Positions 38,061 through 51,207 of a stretch of 64,000 nucleotides of DNA are shown in pieces. The notes beneath the pieces were generated by a model that saw nothing but the letters and a program-made list of their open reading frames with translations, searched no databases and was not told where the DNA came from. A program made the position numbers and the translations under genes. Where the stretch lies: the NCBI GenBank assembly GCA_004022145.1, contig RCNU01000002.1. The stretch is one strand, 5' to 3'. The DNA is from Paecilomyces variotii. Its lineage: Eukaryota. Numbering within the stretch: position 1 is the first letter of the stretch; the number at the start of each line of letters is the position of its first letter.

Positions 38061-39618
38061 TTACCGGCGTCTCAGTTCGGTATTCAGACATTCGACAATC
38101 TATGAGTGGGAATTAGTAAATGAGACCCTTCTAAAACCACCCAATGCTGAGAATGGCCTTACCTTCTCTGAGACAGCCCCCTGGTTGTACAAGTACTTGC
38201 CCAAGCCTTTGACGACTTCCAATTGTTCATCAACAGTCAGGCCATTAATCGCGCTCTCGATGATGTCTCCAACGCTAGCCTTGTACACGGCGATGAAGCT
38301 GTGGTAATACATGTACGCAAAGAAACCCATAATGAACTGGCAGTCCATGCGGTCTGTGATGCCTCCATGGCCAGGAATCGACTCTCCAAAGTCCTTAATC
38401 TTGAACGTACGCTTCAATCCCGAGGCGAAGAAACCACCGAACGGAGCGATCAGGGAGGCGAAGGTCGCAAACACAAGGATATGGAACTGCATCGGTGCGA
38501 CATGGAAGGTCTTATCAATTCCAGTCCAGTGCGGGAGAGTATACGGCTGAGGAGTAAACACGGGGTTCGGGGTGCATTCCAGGCCAGTGAGAACGTTGGC
38601 ACCAAGGTCGTTGACGGGGCAGATGAAGTACTTGTAGCGCATGAGGATATTCGTCATGAAGTAACCGAAGCCAATCGTACAGATCCAGGCACCGATGAAT
38701 CCCTCCACCGTCTTCTTCGGGGAGAGCTTGATGAGCTGCGTTCGGCCAAAGGTGATACCACAGACGTAGGCGAAGATGTCATTGGTGATGACGAGCGAGG
38801 CTGGCAAGAAGAACCAGATCATGCCTTCGAACACATTGTTCATGATGAAATGGGCCTGTACGACGATCAAATAGAGAGCCATGTGGGTCCAGGCAAACTG
38901 TGTAAACTGGAACTTATAGTGTCCTTTCTGCAAGGATGCCACGAAGAACACAAATCCTGGAGAAGATCAGCAATGATATTCGGTGTGCAGAGTCCACAGT
39001 GTGATCTTTTTTTTCTGGAGATACTCACCCATGATGTAGAGCGTAAAGCTGATGAAGCGGTGATGGGTCGCAAATGGAAGCAAGACCCTATCCACCAGAA
39101 GGACGTGTTTGAAGTAGTAAATGACGCTTTCTCCATAGAGGAAATACATAGTCGTCGCTAAGAAGTACCAGTTGAGAGACTTGGTAAACCGGAGATTCTT
39201 CTCTTTGCTGGGGATATTGGCAATCGCGATAACTTCTTTGAAGGAGACAATTTGGACTGCTGTCACAATGATAATGATATAGATGTGGCCCGAGAACATG
39301 GCAATAAAGAAACCGGCGATCATAACAAAGGTCCATATTGTCCGCGTGATAAAGGTCTGCTTCTTCTTCTCGTAGTCCGACACCTGCTTCTCCTGGGGTT
39401 TCTAGGGCCACGTGTGAAAATTAGCACGCGCAACAAAACCAGGGATACCAAGAGGGCAGTCTTACCTCTTCTTGACTGGGCTCTGATTTGGCTACACTTC
39501 CATTCTTGCCCGGGCTCCCCGGCTCGGAGGCAGCTTCGCTGACGTCTGAAATGCTGGGGCGCCGCTCAGCACCATTGCTGCGATGCTGGAACCGGACATT
39601 TCTCCGTGACTTGGCCAT
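38061..39618 (-). CDS. CDS1: Phosphatidate cytidylyltransferase (CDP-DAG synthase)
   Basis: LSPKKTVEGFIG and signature SGLKRTFKIKDFGESIPGHGGITDRMDCQ. Start MAKSRRNVRF at 39618; last exon IVECLNTELRRR* ends at 38061. Confidence 0.95.
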
Positions 39619-39812
39619 TTTCGATCTGAAGAAGACAGACTCATGCACTGGAGCGCGATGAGTGGTGCTTCAAGGATGAAGAAGAGAGGGCAGCGTGGCA
39701 GGTTGAGTGAGGAGAAGAAATGTTGAGGAAGCCGTGGATTTTCATGTGAAGTAGCGACCGCAAGCGGCTGGGCGGAGACAGACAGTAAGTTACGCTGCCT
39801 GAGGGAACAAAC

Positions 39813-39818
39813 ACGCGT
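39813..39818. promoter_or_regulatory. MCB element (ACGCGT), candidate MBF site
   Basis: A single ACGCGT in the divergent CDS1/ATRIP promoter, about 300 bp upstream of a DNA-damage checkpoint gene. Confidence 0.25.
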
Positions 39819-40116
39819 CAAGCTGCTGAGCAACTGAAGGAGGACAATCAGGTTATTCTTGTCTTCTTATATATCATGCAGACCATGCCAAGCTGATCGC
39901 CTGTCTGTTCTTCCCAGAAGTGCCAGTCTGATCAGGGAGAGCTCAGCCCATCGACTTCGACGTCAGCTGTGGCTTCGCCCGGCCAAACAATCGCCCGCCG
40001 TATCCCATTGCGGGGAACATCTTCTCCGGTCCAGAGTTGAAGAAGAAAAAAAATATATCACAGAGGACAATCCAATATACGGGCGTCCAGAGCGCCTCCA
40101 TGGCAGCAATTGGGGC

Positions 40117-42540
40117 ATGGACGACAGCGACGATGATTTCTTCTCTGATGATGGCTTCGAATCGATCCCGACCAGCACACTACTGCAGCTCGAACAGAGC
40201 GCCTACCAAGCCTCACAGGCGCAGAAAGCTCGACAGGCCCCAGATGAGCCCGTGAAATCCTTGCGGAATCAGTCTACAAATGCCGTTCAGTCGCGCGTGT
40301 CCACCTCGAGGCTGCCCAGCCAGGGTGGCCCTTCCTTGAGACCGCCGTCATTGCCCACCGGCCTGTCGAACGAATATGGGGATATTAATGCGGGGGAGGA
40401 ATTGGAGGCAGAGGTGTTCGACAATGCCCAGGGTCATATAGCAGAACTCCAACAGGAGCATGTCTATATGCAGGAGCTTCAACATGGCCAAGATATCCAT
40501 ACGGCAGGGTTACAGCACCTTCATGGACCTGTCATGCAGAGTGCTACCGACGGGATGGAAGTTGAAGAATATGTACAGGACGATACGGAGGTCAACGACA
40601 CGTTTTATTACGAGCAGCATGGGATGTCTGCGCAAATGGAGGAATTAACGGCTCGTATAGAGGAGGTGAGACACAGACACCTGTATCCGATAACTAGAAT
40701 CGCATGCTGAAACCCCGAACAGCTTACGCGCCAAAACAAAGAGATGATGCAAGAGTTGGAAATGGCCAAATCCAATGCTTTGACAAAATCTGGAGAGATC
40801 TCCATTATACGTGCGAACCAGGCAAAGCTCGCTGAACGCTATGATCAGCAGCTGTCGTCGTTGCGCAAATCGCTGGCAGACGAGGCTGCAAAACACAAAG
40901 CTGAACTAGAAGCCGCCCGAGCACAGAGTAAGACACTCGCTACCGAAAATGCGTTTCTCAAACAGGATCTGGCGGAAGAGGCCCTTAGGGCCAATAATTT
41001 CAAAGCAAAGAGCAGAATAGACGAAAAAACACAGCCGGTGACACCAAGGAAAACCAGGATATTGCCATTCCGAGATGGCTTCGACGACGATGAGATCGCT
41101 GTCCTCTCGCCAACCAAGTCATCCGGTGGCAGAACAAAATTGGGAAGCCCAGCAGTACCCGGAAAAAGGAAAAGAAAGGCAAGTCAGGACGGTCCTATAC
41201 CAATAGGCCCTCTGGAGCTAAGCCCGTCACGACATTTCCCTCCTCCGGAACCAGAACGAGAAATGGAACCAGACACAGATGATCAAAACAGGGACCAGCC
41301 AGTTCCCCATAAGGATGACCAGAATTTACGGTACATGAAGTTAATACTGAATCATCGCACTCCGCCCAACACGGAGCGAGACCTAGAGGTCATGGCTAGG
41401 ATTGCCTTCCCCTCCAAACCAGACCGCACGTTTTCCACCATTGTGATCGAAGCCACGGCCTCTTTCCACTCTGGAAATTATGCTGTACAATTCGCTCGGT
41501 GCATTATCTCGTTGTGGTCGCAGGCTCTGAAGGAGAAATTCTACGAGCCTATCTACATGCTCATGGGGATTACAAAGTTTATACTCCTCTTAGACACTCC
41601 TTATGTGGCGCCCGACTTCATCGAAGAGCTTCTTCCAGTAATCCAGGAGTCTGTTGCGATCAATGGGGTTCCCAGGTTCCACCATTCACCCGCATCAAGA
41701 AAGAACTGGGGCCAGGTGAGGCAGACACCTCAGTCACAGCTCAACGAGGACGTCGACTCCACGGAAGCTCTGAGCATTCTCTATCTCACAGCCACTGGAT
41801 GTCTCAGTGACGAGAAGGCAAAAGAGGCTTTTTGGAGATGCATTCGTTACGACTTCATTTTGATGATGCTCCATACGTCGCAACCGATCAGCGACATTGC
41901 TCTTACCTTGAACCTCCTCACATGTAGCCTCCGCCGTGATTCATTCGGTCCACTTCTGGAAACAGAACAGGACCAGCTCTCCAACGAGAATTACATCGTC
42001 GACCGTGTCGCGAATCTCTTCTACGAGAAACCCCAAGTCGATGAAGGTCGGACGCCCTACACTGGGCATCAGATCTGCCGTATGCGCCTCGAGGCCCTAT
42101 CATTCCTCAATGCAGTTGCCTTCTCTGCGCCAGGCACAGCCCATAACCACGGCTGTTCCGTTATTGCTACGCATCCGACGGCTCTGGCCCGACTCATCCG
42201 CTCCATGCACGACGAAGTTGATGCCCTCTACGATTATAGACCGGAGCATGACCTGCACAACTCCCTAGTAAACGGCTTAATGGGTCTCATCTACGGTGTG
42301 ACCCGCAAGCACAAAGAGATCGACCTCCAGTCAAAGCTCCATCTCGTAGCGGGTGGGAAGCAAAAATATCTTATCGTTCTCACCAGGCTAGCTTTCAGCG
42401 AGAACCCGTTCCTCGAAGCTGGAATCACAGACGAGACAGTAGAAATGGCCCACGAGATGCTAGAGGAGGCAGTAAACCCGCAGGAAGCAGAAGCTTTGGT
42501 CGAAGCTTTTCCAAGCGCATCCCGAAGAGAGGATTCATGA
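40117..42540 (+). CDS. uvsD: ATRIP/Rad26 DNA damage checkpoint protein
   Basis: Acidic N-terminus MDDSDDDFFSDDGF, coiled coil with KSGEISIIRAN, PFRDGFDDDEI, and helical C-terminus FWRCIRYDFILMML...LTRLAFSE...AHEMLEEAVNPQEAEAL. Intron at about 40666-40722. Confidence 0.82.
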
Positions 42541-43121
42541 TCCGCGATTTTCAGGACACGGGAGATTTCCCCTTCCACTCAGATTTTCTTTCTCTATCTT
42601 CACGATTACTATTCTAATATATTTCAACGATGTTACGCTGTCTATGAATGGACACGCACATGACTGGCGCTCTGGATTTGTGGCATATGGAATCGAACTT
42701 CATGCGGCGCCGTAACAAGGTTTTTAGGAGGCTATTTTGCCAGTTATGGGGCACATTACGCGTGCTAAATATGCATTTATCTTTTGAGGAATAAAACAAC
42801 AAGTGAATTATCAATTTTTACACCTCTCGATTGGCTGAGAAAGATGGTAGATTCTGCCCGAGTGTAGCCATAAGTTCTTTTTTTTCTCTCTTTCTTTTTG
42901 GTTCTAAATCAGAAGTAAATAATACACTTCTAGATTCGAAGAACGGTATAACTGAACATACAAAATAGAAGCAGCAAGCACCGTAAGCAAACCCATTAAA
43001 GCATTACACTTGCAACCACCTCCAGCGAAAATACAGCGTCTCTGTCACATAACGGATTTTTGCCGTCGTTGATTCAACAAAAGAAAGGACTCCCAGCCAT
43101 TTTGGCGAAACCTGTGCGTCA

Positions 43122-44688
43122 CTACCAGTCAGAATCCTCAACGCTAGAATCTGAGAGAAAGCTAGAACCAGAACCGGAACTAGATTCTGAGTCGAGGCCA
43201 GAATCGGAAGATTCGTCCGAGTTTTCGTCTTCAGTATCCATATCCGACTCGTACTCTTCACGAGGCTCCGTATTCTCACGATGCGGCTGTCTGTACCTGG
43301 GGTCATCCTTGCCGTCTATATCAGTGCTTTCGAAGTCTCTCTCGCAGAAACCAGAGCGGCGCCAGAAGGGCAAATATGGCGCGAAGGCGGAACCGATAGT
43401 CGAATCTTTCGGAAGTATATAGCACATATGTCTATTGACTGCGGAGACTTCGCATTTGAGCTTATACACGCCGCAGAATGAGTGATCTTCCTCCCCCTCA
43501 TTCTCAACGACGATTGGAAGGGGCTCATAGAGCAAATTAAGGATCGTCGATCTGACATCTTCGGGGCAAAGACAGGTTGTATTTGGGTCCACTGGCCATC
43601 CTCCAAGACGTTCAAGTCCTGTAAGTAAGTAACCAGTTGTAAGCATATGGCACTGTTCTTCGTGGGACTCTTCAAGGCAACAGTTGCCTCTGAGAACATC
43701 CTCGCAGGCCCGTGTCAACTCCTGCAGGGCAACCACTCGTTTCCAAGCAACTTCATGCACTATTTCAACATGTTAGAATGTTTGTCAAATACGTGTTGGG
43801 GACTATAGAGCCCTGGCTCGATTATGCCGCGAGCAGACGTTCGATGAACATACAGATATCATCCCGGCAGTAATCCGGCAATAGATCAGCCACCTTGCGA
43901 CCACCGTAACTGAGATCACCATTGATTTCTTTTCTTGCGTTCCAAGAAACGTGGCTCAACCATGAGTTGAGCATATAGTCGATATCCCAGACTGCTGCAA
44001 TGAAAATCCACTCTGTCCGTTCTGGATTCAGGTTATCCCGAATGAAGGGGGCAAACCATCTGGGTACGAAAGGTAAGAACAGGTGTCTGACTTGATATCT
44101 ATCGCAGAAACGAGTCAGGGAATACAATTGATCGAAAGGGATTTTTTTCGGCAATTCTGAGAAGAGAAGATGAATGATTTTGAGAAATAGAAGCATAGTC
44201 TTCGGGTCGTCATTCGGGAGGCGCAAGGACCTCGAGCCTTGATTCTTGGCTAAAGCGACTCGATCTTTCCAGACGGGGCTTGTGGACGCCAGCAGACTAG
44301 AAATTGTTTTGAACGTTCTGATCTTGTTGCTACCTACGACCAGCATCAGATCGCCCTCGGGGAAACTGGCCTTTCTATATTTTCCCAAGGCGGCCTCAGT
44401 CATGATAGACTCGAGGTCCATGGATGGTTCGGTGGTCATTTCGATGTCCTCATTGCGTGACATGTCTGCTCCTGAGGATAGAATGTCAGCTTGTACTACA
44501 TATGCTGAAGACTCCGCATACGTACCGGGTCCTCCCAGAGTAGTAGTGTGGCCTGTCGATCCTGGTGCCGTGTTGGCCATATGGTCGCTATTTTGATCAC
44601 GCTGTGAGAGGCTAGAGCTGTCTGAACTAGGGGTGCAACAAGCTCTCTCGGTATCGCTGTCGTTCGAGGTGTATATTACGCTGGACAT
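43122..44688 (-). CDS. BTB/POZ-like domain protein with acidic Ser-rich tail, about 490 aa, 2 exons
   Basis: FPEGDLMLVVG...LASTSPVWK...LRLPNDDPKTMLLFLKIIH...LTRFCDRYQV is a fungal BTB-like pattern. Intron 43853-43760 joins the two ORFs in phase. Confidence 0.72.
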
Positions 44689-45720
44689 GGTGTCTGTCTG
44701 TATTCACGATTTGCTCAGAAATGCAGAAAGAATTTTTCATCTATAAGCAGTAGCAAGTATAAGCGTCAGACTTCGCAGTCATGAGGTGGAGTGCGCGTAA
44801 TGATTTGGAGATTGGGGCGTCTTTATGTGGTTGCCCTCACTGCTGCCTTCAAAGCTTCTCGTAAGGAACCATGGACGAATCGGCTCCTCAAATGGTGTAG
44901 CAACTTGCCTAGAAACCTTAAGACTACAAGGTAGATAGCAAATATGTGCTGGGTTCAAGTTTCGAATCCTGGTTCGGCGATCGACTGCTAACGCAACGAT
45001 ATACCCTACGGCGGCGCGGGCAAAGCTGTAGGAAAGGCGCTGAACGCGAAATTATTGTATAGGAGATCAGGGGGAGTTTGTTGTGTTATCTACCAGAAGA
45101 GGAAGGCGGTAAATCTCACGTACCGTAACTAGCCACTGGGTTTTCGTAGCATCCTGTCCCCATTTGCACCTCTAGAGTGCATACTCTGGCAGAGACAATA
45201 CATTGCCAAATATGGTTGTAGTCTAAATCCTCAGGGATGATGGGATCCGGCAGGATTAGTGACCTCAACTTCATCTTCGGGAAGGTTTCGTTCTTCCAAG
45301 ATCCCAATCAAAGTTATACGAGGCTGGCCCAAACGCGACTACTTAACATACATATTCTCATGAATGATATCTGGAAATGACTAAACAGCTCTTATCTCAA
45401 TACTCAACTATATCCGGAACTTTCAGGGAAGGGCCTACTAAATTCTTTGTCTGAATGAATAACCTGGACTGGATGGCTATACCTACTCATTATCTAATCT
45501 AATAACACTTTCTTTATCCCTATTCAGTTAACAATAGATAATGCGCCCCCATTGTGCCCGCAGACATTCACAGACCATGAATAAATACTATTAAGAATCC
45601 AATCTAAATAACCCATTGGTGTCCACCACTACTAATATAAGACCAAGATCTCATCCGGAATATCCCTCTCTAGTATTTCTCAACACCAAAGAAAGGACTC
45701 TGTACGAAGAAGACGAATGA

Positions 45721-45744
45721 GAAGCAGAAGCAGAAGCAGAAGCA
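45721..45744. repeat. (GAAGCA)4 hexanucleotide repeat
   Basis: gaagcagaagcagaagcagaagca upstream of the 45797 ORF. Confidence 0.8.
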
Positions 45745-45796
45745 GGACTTTTGCCTTTTTCTCTTTCTTCTCGATTTCTCCTTCATAAATCCCATC

Positions 45797-46843
45797 ATGG
45801 ATACCGCAGTATCTGCCCCCGGGGCAGGCCTCGAAGAAGCCAGACGCACTCCAGAACCATCACCCCCTCCACCACCAAGTTCTCCCATACTCAAGCATCC
45901 AAATGACCCGCGCGCATTTCTACCACAGGGAGCTCAGAGGCGGAAAGTCCGCCACCTCAGGCGCCTCGCGAAGCCTCCGGAACCAGAGCTCCTCCACGCG
46001 GGCTGGCTCCCGCGCGAACTACGAGGGAAATCTGAAGTCGAGGCGCGAGAGAAGCTAGAGAGAAAAGTGAATCAGCGGAAGAACGCGAAGAAGTTTCTAC
46101 AGAAACAGTTGCAGAATTTTGAAGAGAAGGAGCAGCAGAAGGAATTACAACAGAAGAGACAAAAGGAATTGGAGGAGTGGATTGCGAAAAGTGGATGGGA
46201 GGAAAAATATGCCCAAGAGGAACTGATGGAAGAAGAGAAGCAGCAGATGGAGCTGAGCGAGGATGAGATACAGTTACATGCTGAGTTGGAGATGCATGTG
46301 CAAGAGTGGGAGCAGCATGAAGTACAGATATATCTCGAGCTGCGGTTCTATTTAGACCAGTTGGGACAAGAGACGGAGGAGAGTGAGCTGCAGCTCTGTT
46401 GGGAAGAGACACGGAGATCTATTGAGGAACTGCCGTGGTTCGTCTCTGTGGAGAATTGGGTCGAGTTCGTCGTTTCCAAACTGCGTCAGTTCAGAGATAT
46501 CGTCCTCCAAGGACTTCATTGCCTTCAAAATATTCGCATCACTTACCACGGGGCCAGTCGTGGGAAACAGGATCTCAAAGACAGAACGTCGAGGATACAA
46601 TTCACTTTTGCTGGACCTACAACCACGGATGAAGACATGCAAGACAGAGATTCTGATGAAAACGCATACCAATACGAAGGGACTATGAGATTTCTGCCGA
46701 TTATGACAGGTGCAGACCAGCAACTTCAGCCAGCTCCACGGAAGCGGGACTTTCAGGACCTGGAGACAGAAGATTCGAATGCATCAGAGGCGGACGAACA
46801 CCATCCGAGGCAGAAGAGGAGATGCGGTTGTATCGCAATCTAG
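45797..46843 (+). CDS. Hypothetical Glu/Gln-rich coiled-coil protein with C-terminal CaaX motif
   Basis: Intronless 348-aa ORF in good start context (ATCATGG), with an E/Q/K-rich helical core, ending RQKRRCGCIAI*. Confidence 0.6.
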   Translation: MDTAVSAPGAGLEEARRTPEPSPPPPPSSPILKHPNDPRAFLPQGAQRRKVRHLRRLAKPPEPELLHAGWLPRELRGKSEVEAREKLERKVNQRKNAKKFLQKQLQNFEEKEQQKELQQKRQKELEEWIAKSGWEEKYAQEELMEEEKQQMELSEDEIQLHAELEMHVQEWEQHEVQIYLELRFYLDQLGQETEESELQLCWEETRRSIEELPWFVSVENWVEFVVSKLRQFRDIVLQGLHCLQNIRITYHGASRGKQDLKDRTSRIQFTFAGPTTTDEDMQDRDSDENAYQYEGTMRFLPIMTGADQQLQPAPRKRDFQDLETEDSNASEADEHHPRQKRRCGCIAI

Positions 46844-47239
46844 GTTTCTAAATGTTTGTACTGGTCACCTTGGAAAGGTTACCACGGTTCGTTACCACAG
46901 AGTAAATATTGGGCAAGAGCCAGGTTATTCTTGGCTTCTAAGGGGTAGTTTATATTTCTCTACAACTTCTGGAGGCCTCATGTGGCATCGTATTATGGAT
47001 GGTGAATGTTCCAATATGAAAGAGCGACAATTCTTCGTTGACAACCCACAGTAATTTACAGGACAAAGCTAATCAATGACCCTTAGCTATATACACAATG
47101 CCAAAAGTAAAACTATCTTTCCCGAATAATGGGTCCTTTGACCCAGCGCCAAATAGCGAGATAAGAATAATGCACAAAACAATTACCAGTGAGTAAGGTC
47201 CTCGGATCCTAGGTTCAGAGACAATGAAGGATTGACAAA

Positions 47240-49180
47240 TTATTGCGAGTTCTCGCGCTGCCCAGCTCCGGCTTTGGTCGTCGCTTTGTCCGACTGATCA
47301 GATCCTCGATCCGAACTGCGCTTCCACCTCTCTTCCACATTGAACAGCAGATCACGGACACTCTTTCGACGCTTGTGAAGTCCTTCTGTCTGGATCGTCA
47401 CAGTCGGTGTCTTTATTCCCTCACTCGTTTTAGATCTCTCTACCGTCTCTGTATGTTTGGTTTGATCCGCCGTCTCCGACTGTCTCTGCGTGGCCACCCG
47501 CCGAAGAGCGGGAGGTGGAAGAGCAGGAGGTGCTGTTTGCTGTTGACTCTCGCCAGGAGACTCTACGGGCCCTGACGAATCCAAATTCGTCAGTCGGTGC
47601 CACACTTTTTTCAATGTCATTCGTCTTTCAAGCTGCCCTGATCGAGCCTTCCAGACGGAACCCATCCTGAAAGTGTCCTGGGGTTGCTGGGTTAGGGGCT
47701 CAAATTCCTTGCCATCTTCATCAAAAGAGCTGCTACCTCCACAAAGCTCAAACACAATGCTAGGTAGCTGTAGTTGCTTTGGGAGCGACTTCTCGAAGAT
47801 TTCACTGCTGACTGTCAGGCTGTGGGAACGATGTGGGGGAGTCACAGGGAGGCCGTTGCCAGGCGTTTGTGGTTCTTCCTGAGAGCTCCTGTCATACTCC
47901 GCACACCTTCTCATAAAGCAGCTAAAGTTGGCTGCCAAAGTGACAGCGCAAAGAGGCAGGAACCCGAGGCTTTGGAAGCTTTTCGGAGCGTTGCCATTTT
48001 TCATCTTCCCTGACGACTCGACCGGGGAATTGAGATTTACTTTGGCGCAAAGAGCCCACAGGTCCCCGTACATGCGACACACAACGAATACATCCCCGTG
48101 TACAAAGTCGAATTGGTCCGGTCGCTTGGCTTGGAAATTGGAATCATCTGTATACTTGTGGTCCAAACAAATGACCAAGGATCCTTCCCGTATAACCCAG
48201 TTCTCATCCGGTCCCAGTCGGATATCCCTGTACGATTGTAAACGAGCGCAATCGTTCGACATTATTTGAGAAAATGTGCGCGCTATTTCTGCACCGTTCT
48301 CGTCCCCTTGGGTAGTCATGGTCGGTTGATTCTGTGACTTCGGTTGGTCTTGGCTGCCTGGGCCAGCAGCCTTCATTGTCGTCGCACTACTCTCTCCCCC
48401 ACTGTTCTGTTTTGCCATGAAGTTGGGCCAGTCTTGTTCCGTGCGAATCTCCTTTAGATTTGTTAGAGTATAGCTGGATGACTCCCATGACGAATGTACA
48501 ACTAACCGGTAGCGTCTCCTCGAGAGTTCCCTGAGGATGATCCCCATCTTGATTATCTTCGACATTGGCCATAGCCACAATGAACGGCTCTTCAACCCAG
48601 TTGGTATCGAGACACTTCAATTGTTCCTCATAGCCCCCAATACCAATCTCTGAGATACTACGTGGAAGGTGGTAAGTGTCGACATTCGCGGATAAGTCTC
48701 TGTTCTCGGGACATTTGCCACAGAACGGCTCCTTTATGGACCGGGACTGGCAACATCCACAGCAGTCTCTATCCTTCAGGTTTTGGATCAAGTGAGATCC
48801 TACGTTTCCCTTCGTGGGGAATGTATTGGCATCAGGTCGCTGTAAAGGAACATAGACAGGAGGCCGATGGAAATACACGGCATGTCGGCGCCGCTGAGTG
48901 AAAGACCCATGAAGTGATTGAGTGTCCGACTGGTCACTACCGTCGTCAAGAAGACTTGACAACTCACAAGTATTGGGAGACCCGAGGGGCCGATACTATT
49001 AGTCCCACATTGCCTCAGTAACTTCTCATGATTTACTATGGTCTCAAGAGTCATCCTTACCGGTACGATGGGGGCACTGTGAACAGAAGAAGGGGGACAT
49101 CTTGTGGAGGATGATCCTGAAGTGCGATTGCTTTTTCTATCCTTGTCGGTACGACTGTTTGATCTGTCTGAGAGTGTCAT
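47240..49180 (-). CDS. Hypothetical protein with a divergent SH3-like domain, about 585 aa, 3 exons
   Basis: Phase-consistent exons 49180-48968, 48839-48507 and 48451-47240. FQAKRPDQFDFVHGDVFVVCRMYGDLWALC...LGFLPLCAV fits an SH3 pattern. Confidence 0.62.
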
Positions 49181-49742
49181 GATTGCAAAAGAAAAGTTGT
49201 TTTCTGTTTATATCCTGGCTTTCATATAGGATGGAACGAATGCGGTTGTAAATTTGCAAGTTATATTATTCCAGAAATACAACTTGAAGCCAACAGACAT
49301 GAAGGGTTGAAAGCGTCTCGTTGTTTACGAGACCTCGAGAAGTTTGACAGGCAGTCTCCCGTTGCTGCTTCCATGTCTGGCACACAAGGATTGCCCCATA
49401 CGGAAGGTAGATATGTGCACACGGCGAACCAGCACGGGTAAGCTCTACCACAGAAGCGTCTATTGGATTCAATTAGTGGAATCGGTTTGATGTGTTGTGC
49501 GATATTAGAGGGCGACGGATAGTCTGCAGTAAAGTATCTGTTCTCGAAAGGATCGGGAGACATGAATTCAATTAGGTATCATATCGATCTTCATAAGACC
49601 TAATGGGGCTGTTTCCACATATTATACGAGTCACCCGTCAAGGGAATCATATGCGATCTAAACAAAAGAGTCATCGCAACTCCATTGGTCCATCAACATC
49701 CAAACCATCCGTGGTATCTCATCCATTCGACAGATAGGGTAT

Positions 49743-50148
49743 CTAGTTCTTATCGGGGACAGGGAAGTCCTTTCCAGCGGTACTCTTGTACTGTGCACGG
49801 ATGAAGTCAGAGATCTGCTCATCCTTGGCCTGCTCAATGGCGCTCTCGTTATCCTGAGGGCCCTGGTGAAGGACCTTCTCCTGGACGAAGTCGACGCCTG
49901 AATAATCCACCGTTAGTTTCTCTGGTTTGCCAGCAAACACGCTAAAGCTGATCGAGAGTCGACGAACCCTTGTCGAGATAGTCCTCGTTCTTCTCACTCT
50001 CTGGGCCGCCGCCGGCCGCGGAATTGATCTTGTTGCCAATGTTGCTGAGGAAGCCACCACCGCCCTGGTTGCTGTCACTGCTGCTCTCGTTCTGGTTCTG
50101 ATTCTGGCCACCACCAAGGCCGCCGGCAAAGTTCTTAAGGGCGTCCAT
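49743..50148 (-). CDS. Small hydrophilic conserved fungal protein (often labelled DNA damage-responsive protein 48-like), 111 aa
   Basis: Intron 49967-49898. AAGGGPESEKNEDYLDK/GVDFVQEKVLHQGPQDNESAIEQAKDEQISDFIRAQYKS is a conserved family motif. Confidence 0.75.
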
Positions 50149-51207
50149 CTTCTAAGGTTGTAAGCAGGATAAAAGGGTGAAGAGCTGTAAGGTTTATAGT
50201 ATGGAAAACTTGATTGGTGGGCACTCGACGATATACCACACACACAAGGGCAATGGAAAAAAGGTTGAAACAGCATCCAAGGTAGCCGGACAAGCGAGGA
50301 CTATAAATACAAAGGACCAAATGCGGCTAAATCCATCTCGAGTCGATTAAGTCAACGAAGGCCATTCGGATTGGAGCATATGACGTCGGCGAATGTGACC
50401 GGCTCCATCAAGCTCCAGACGGAAACGTACATTGAGCTCATCTCTGGCTGCTGGGCTTGACATTGCAGCTCCTCACGAAGATATATATCCCTAGCTCTAG
50501 ATGTATCCCGTAGCAGTGAAAGAGTACCGCCGTCTGTTGATGTAGTTGAGTTATTATTACCAACTAACTAGGGGTCGGCCGAACGCAAGTACGTTGGCCT
50601 AGATCATGTGACCTGGTCAACAGATTTGCATTCCTCCACAATTCTCTTGGCTCGATATTTTCCTCCTCAGACTACTTAGTGGCATTTATTCTATTCGGTT
50701 TCAAAGACGTCCACCCGCGGACGGGGGTTCCGTTGGCCATTCAGGGATAGGTCGGGACGTTGTACCTACATACAAACTATAGCTTCAGTTCAGCTGAATT
50801 AGGAAATAGTGTTAGTTCTTACATCGTCCCCGTGGTGCTAGCCTAGCTGTTTAGGCAACACGTAGCAGCCTTGGCTCATAACCTATATTGCGGATTTCAG
50901 GAGAAGAAGGGGTGGACGAAGTGATATCGACTACACACATGCAGCCTGCCAAGGATAGGCTATCTGCAATGATACACTTCTCAACTCAATTGATTCTCTC
51001 TTTCCACCAATGTGCTGTGCTGCGGAGCCCCATCATGCGCTTACATTATCTCAGCCTCACTATTATACCTCCTGACCACAGTATAATTAAGAAGCTGACT
51101 TTTCAACCCGGAGGAACCGTCGGCAGCAGGCCAGATGGTATAACTAATGCATTGTTTAGCATCACTTTCATGTTATGTCACTTTTGTAATTGAACGGTTC
51201 TGGAAAT

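Noticed and set aside
38223-39161. 312-aa plus-strand ORF
   Set aside because: Antisense shadow of the codon-biased CDS1 gene, with no motifs.
44873-44980. tRNA-like fragments (TTCGAATCCTGG, TGGTGTAGC)
   Set aside because: T-arm and acceptor stems have mismatches and an extra base, and no convincing anticodon arm forms. tRNAscan-SE would be needed to call even a pseudo-tRNA.
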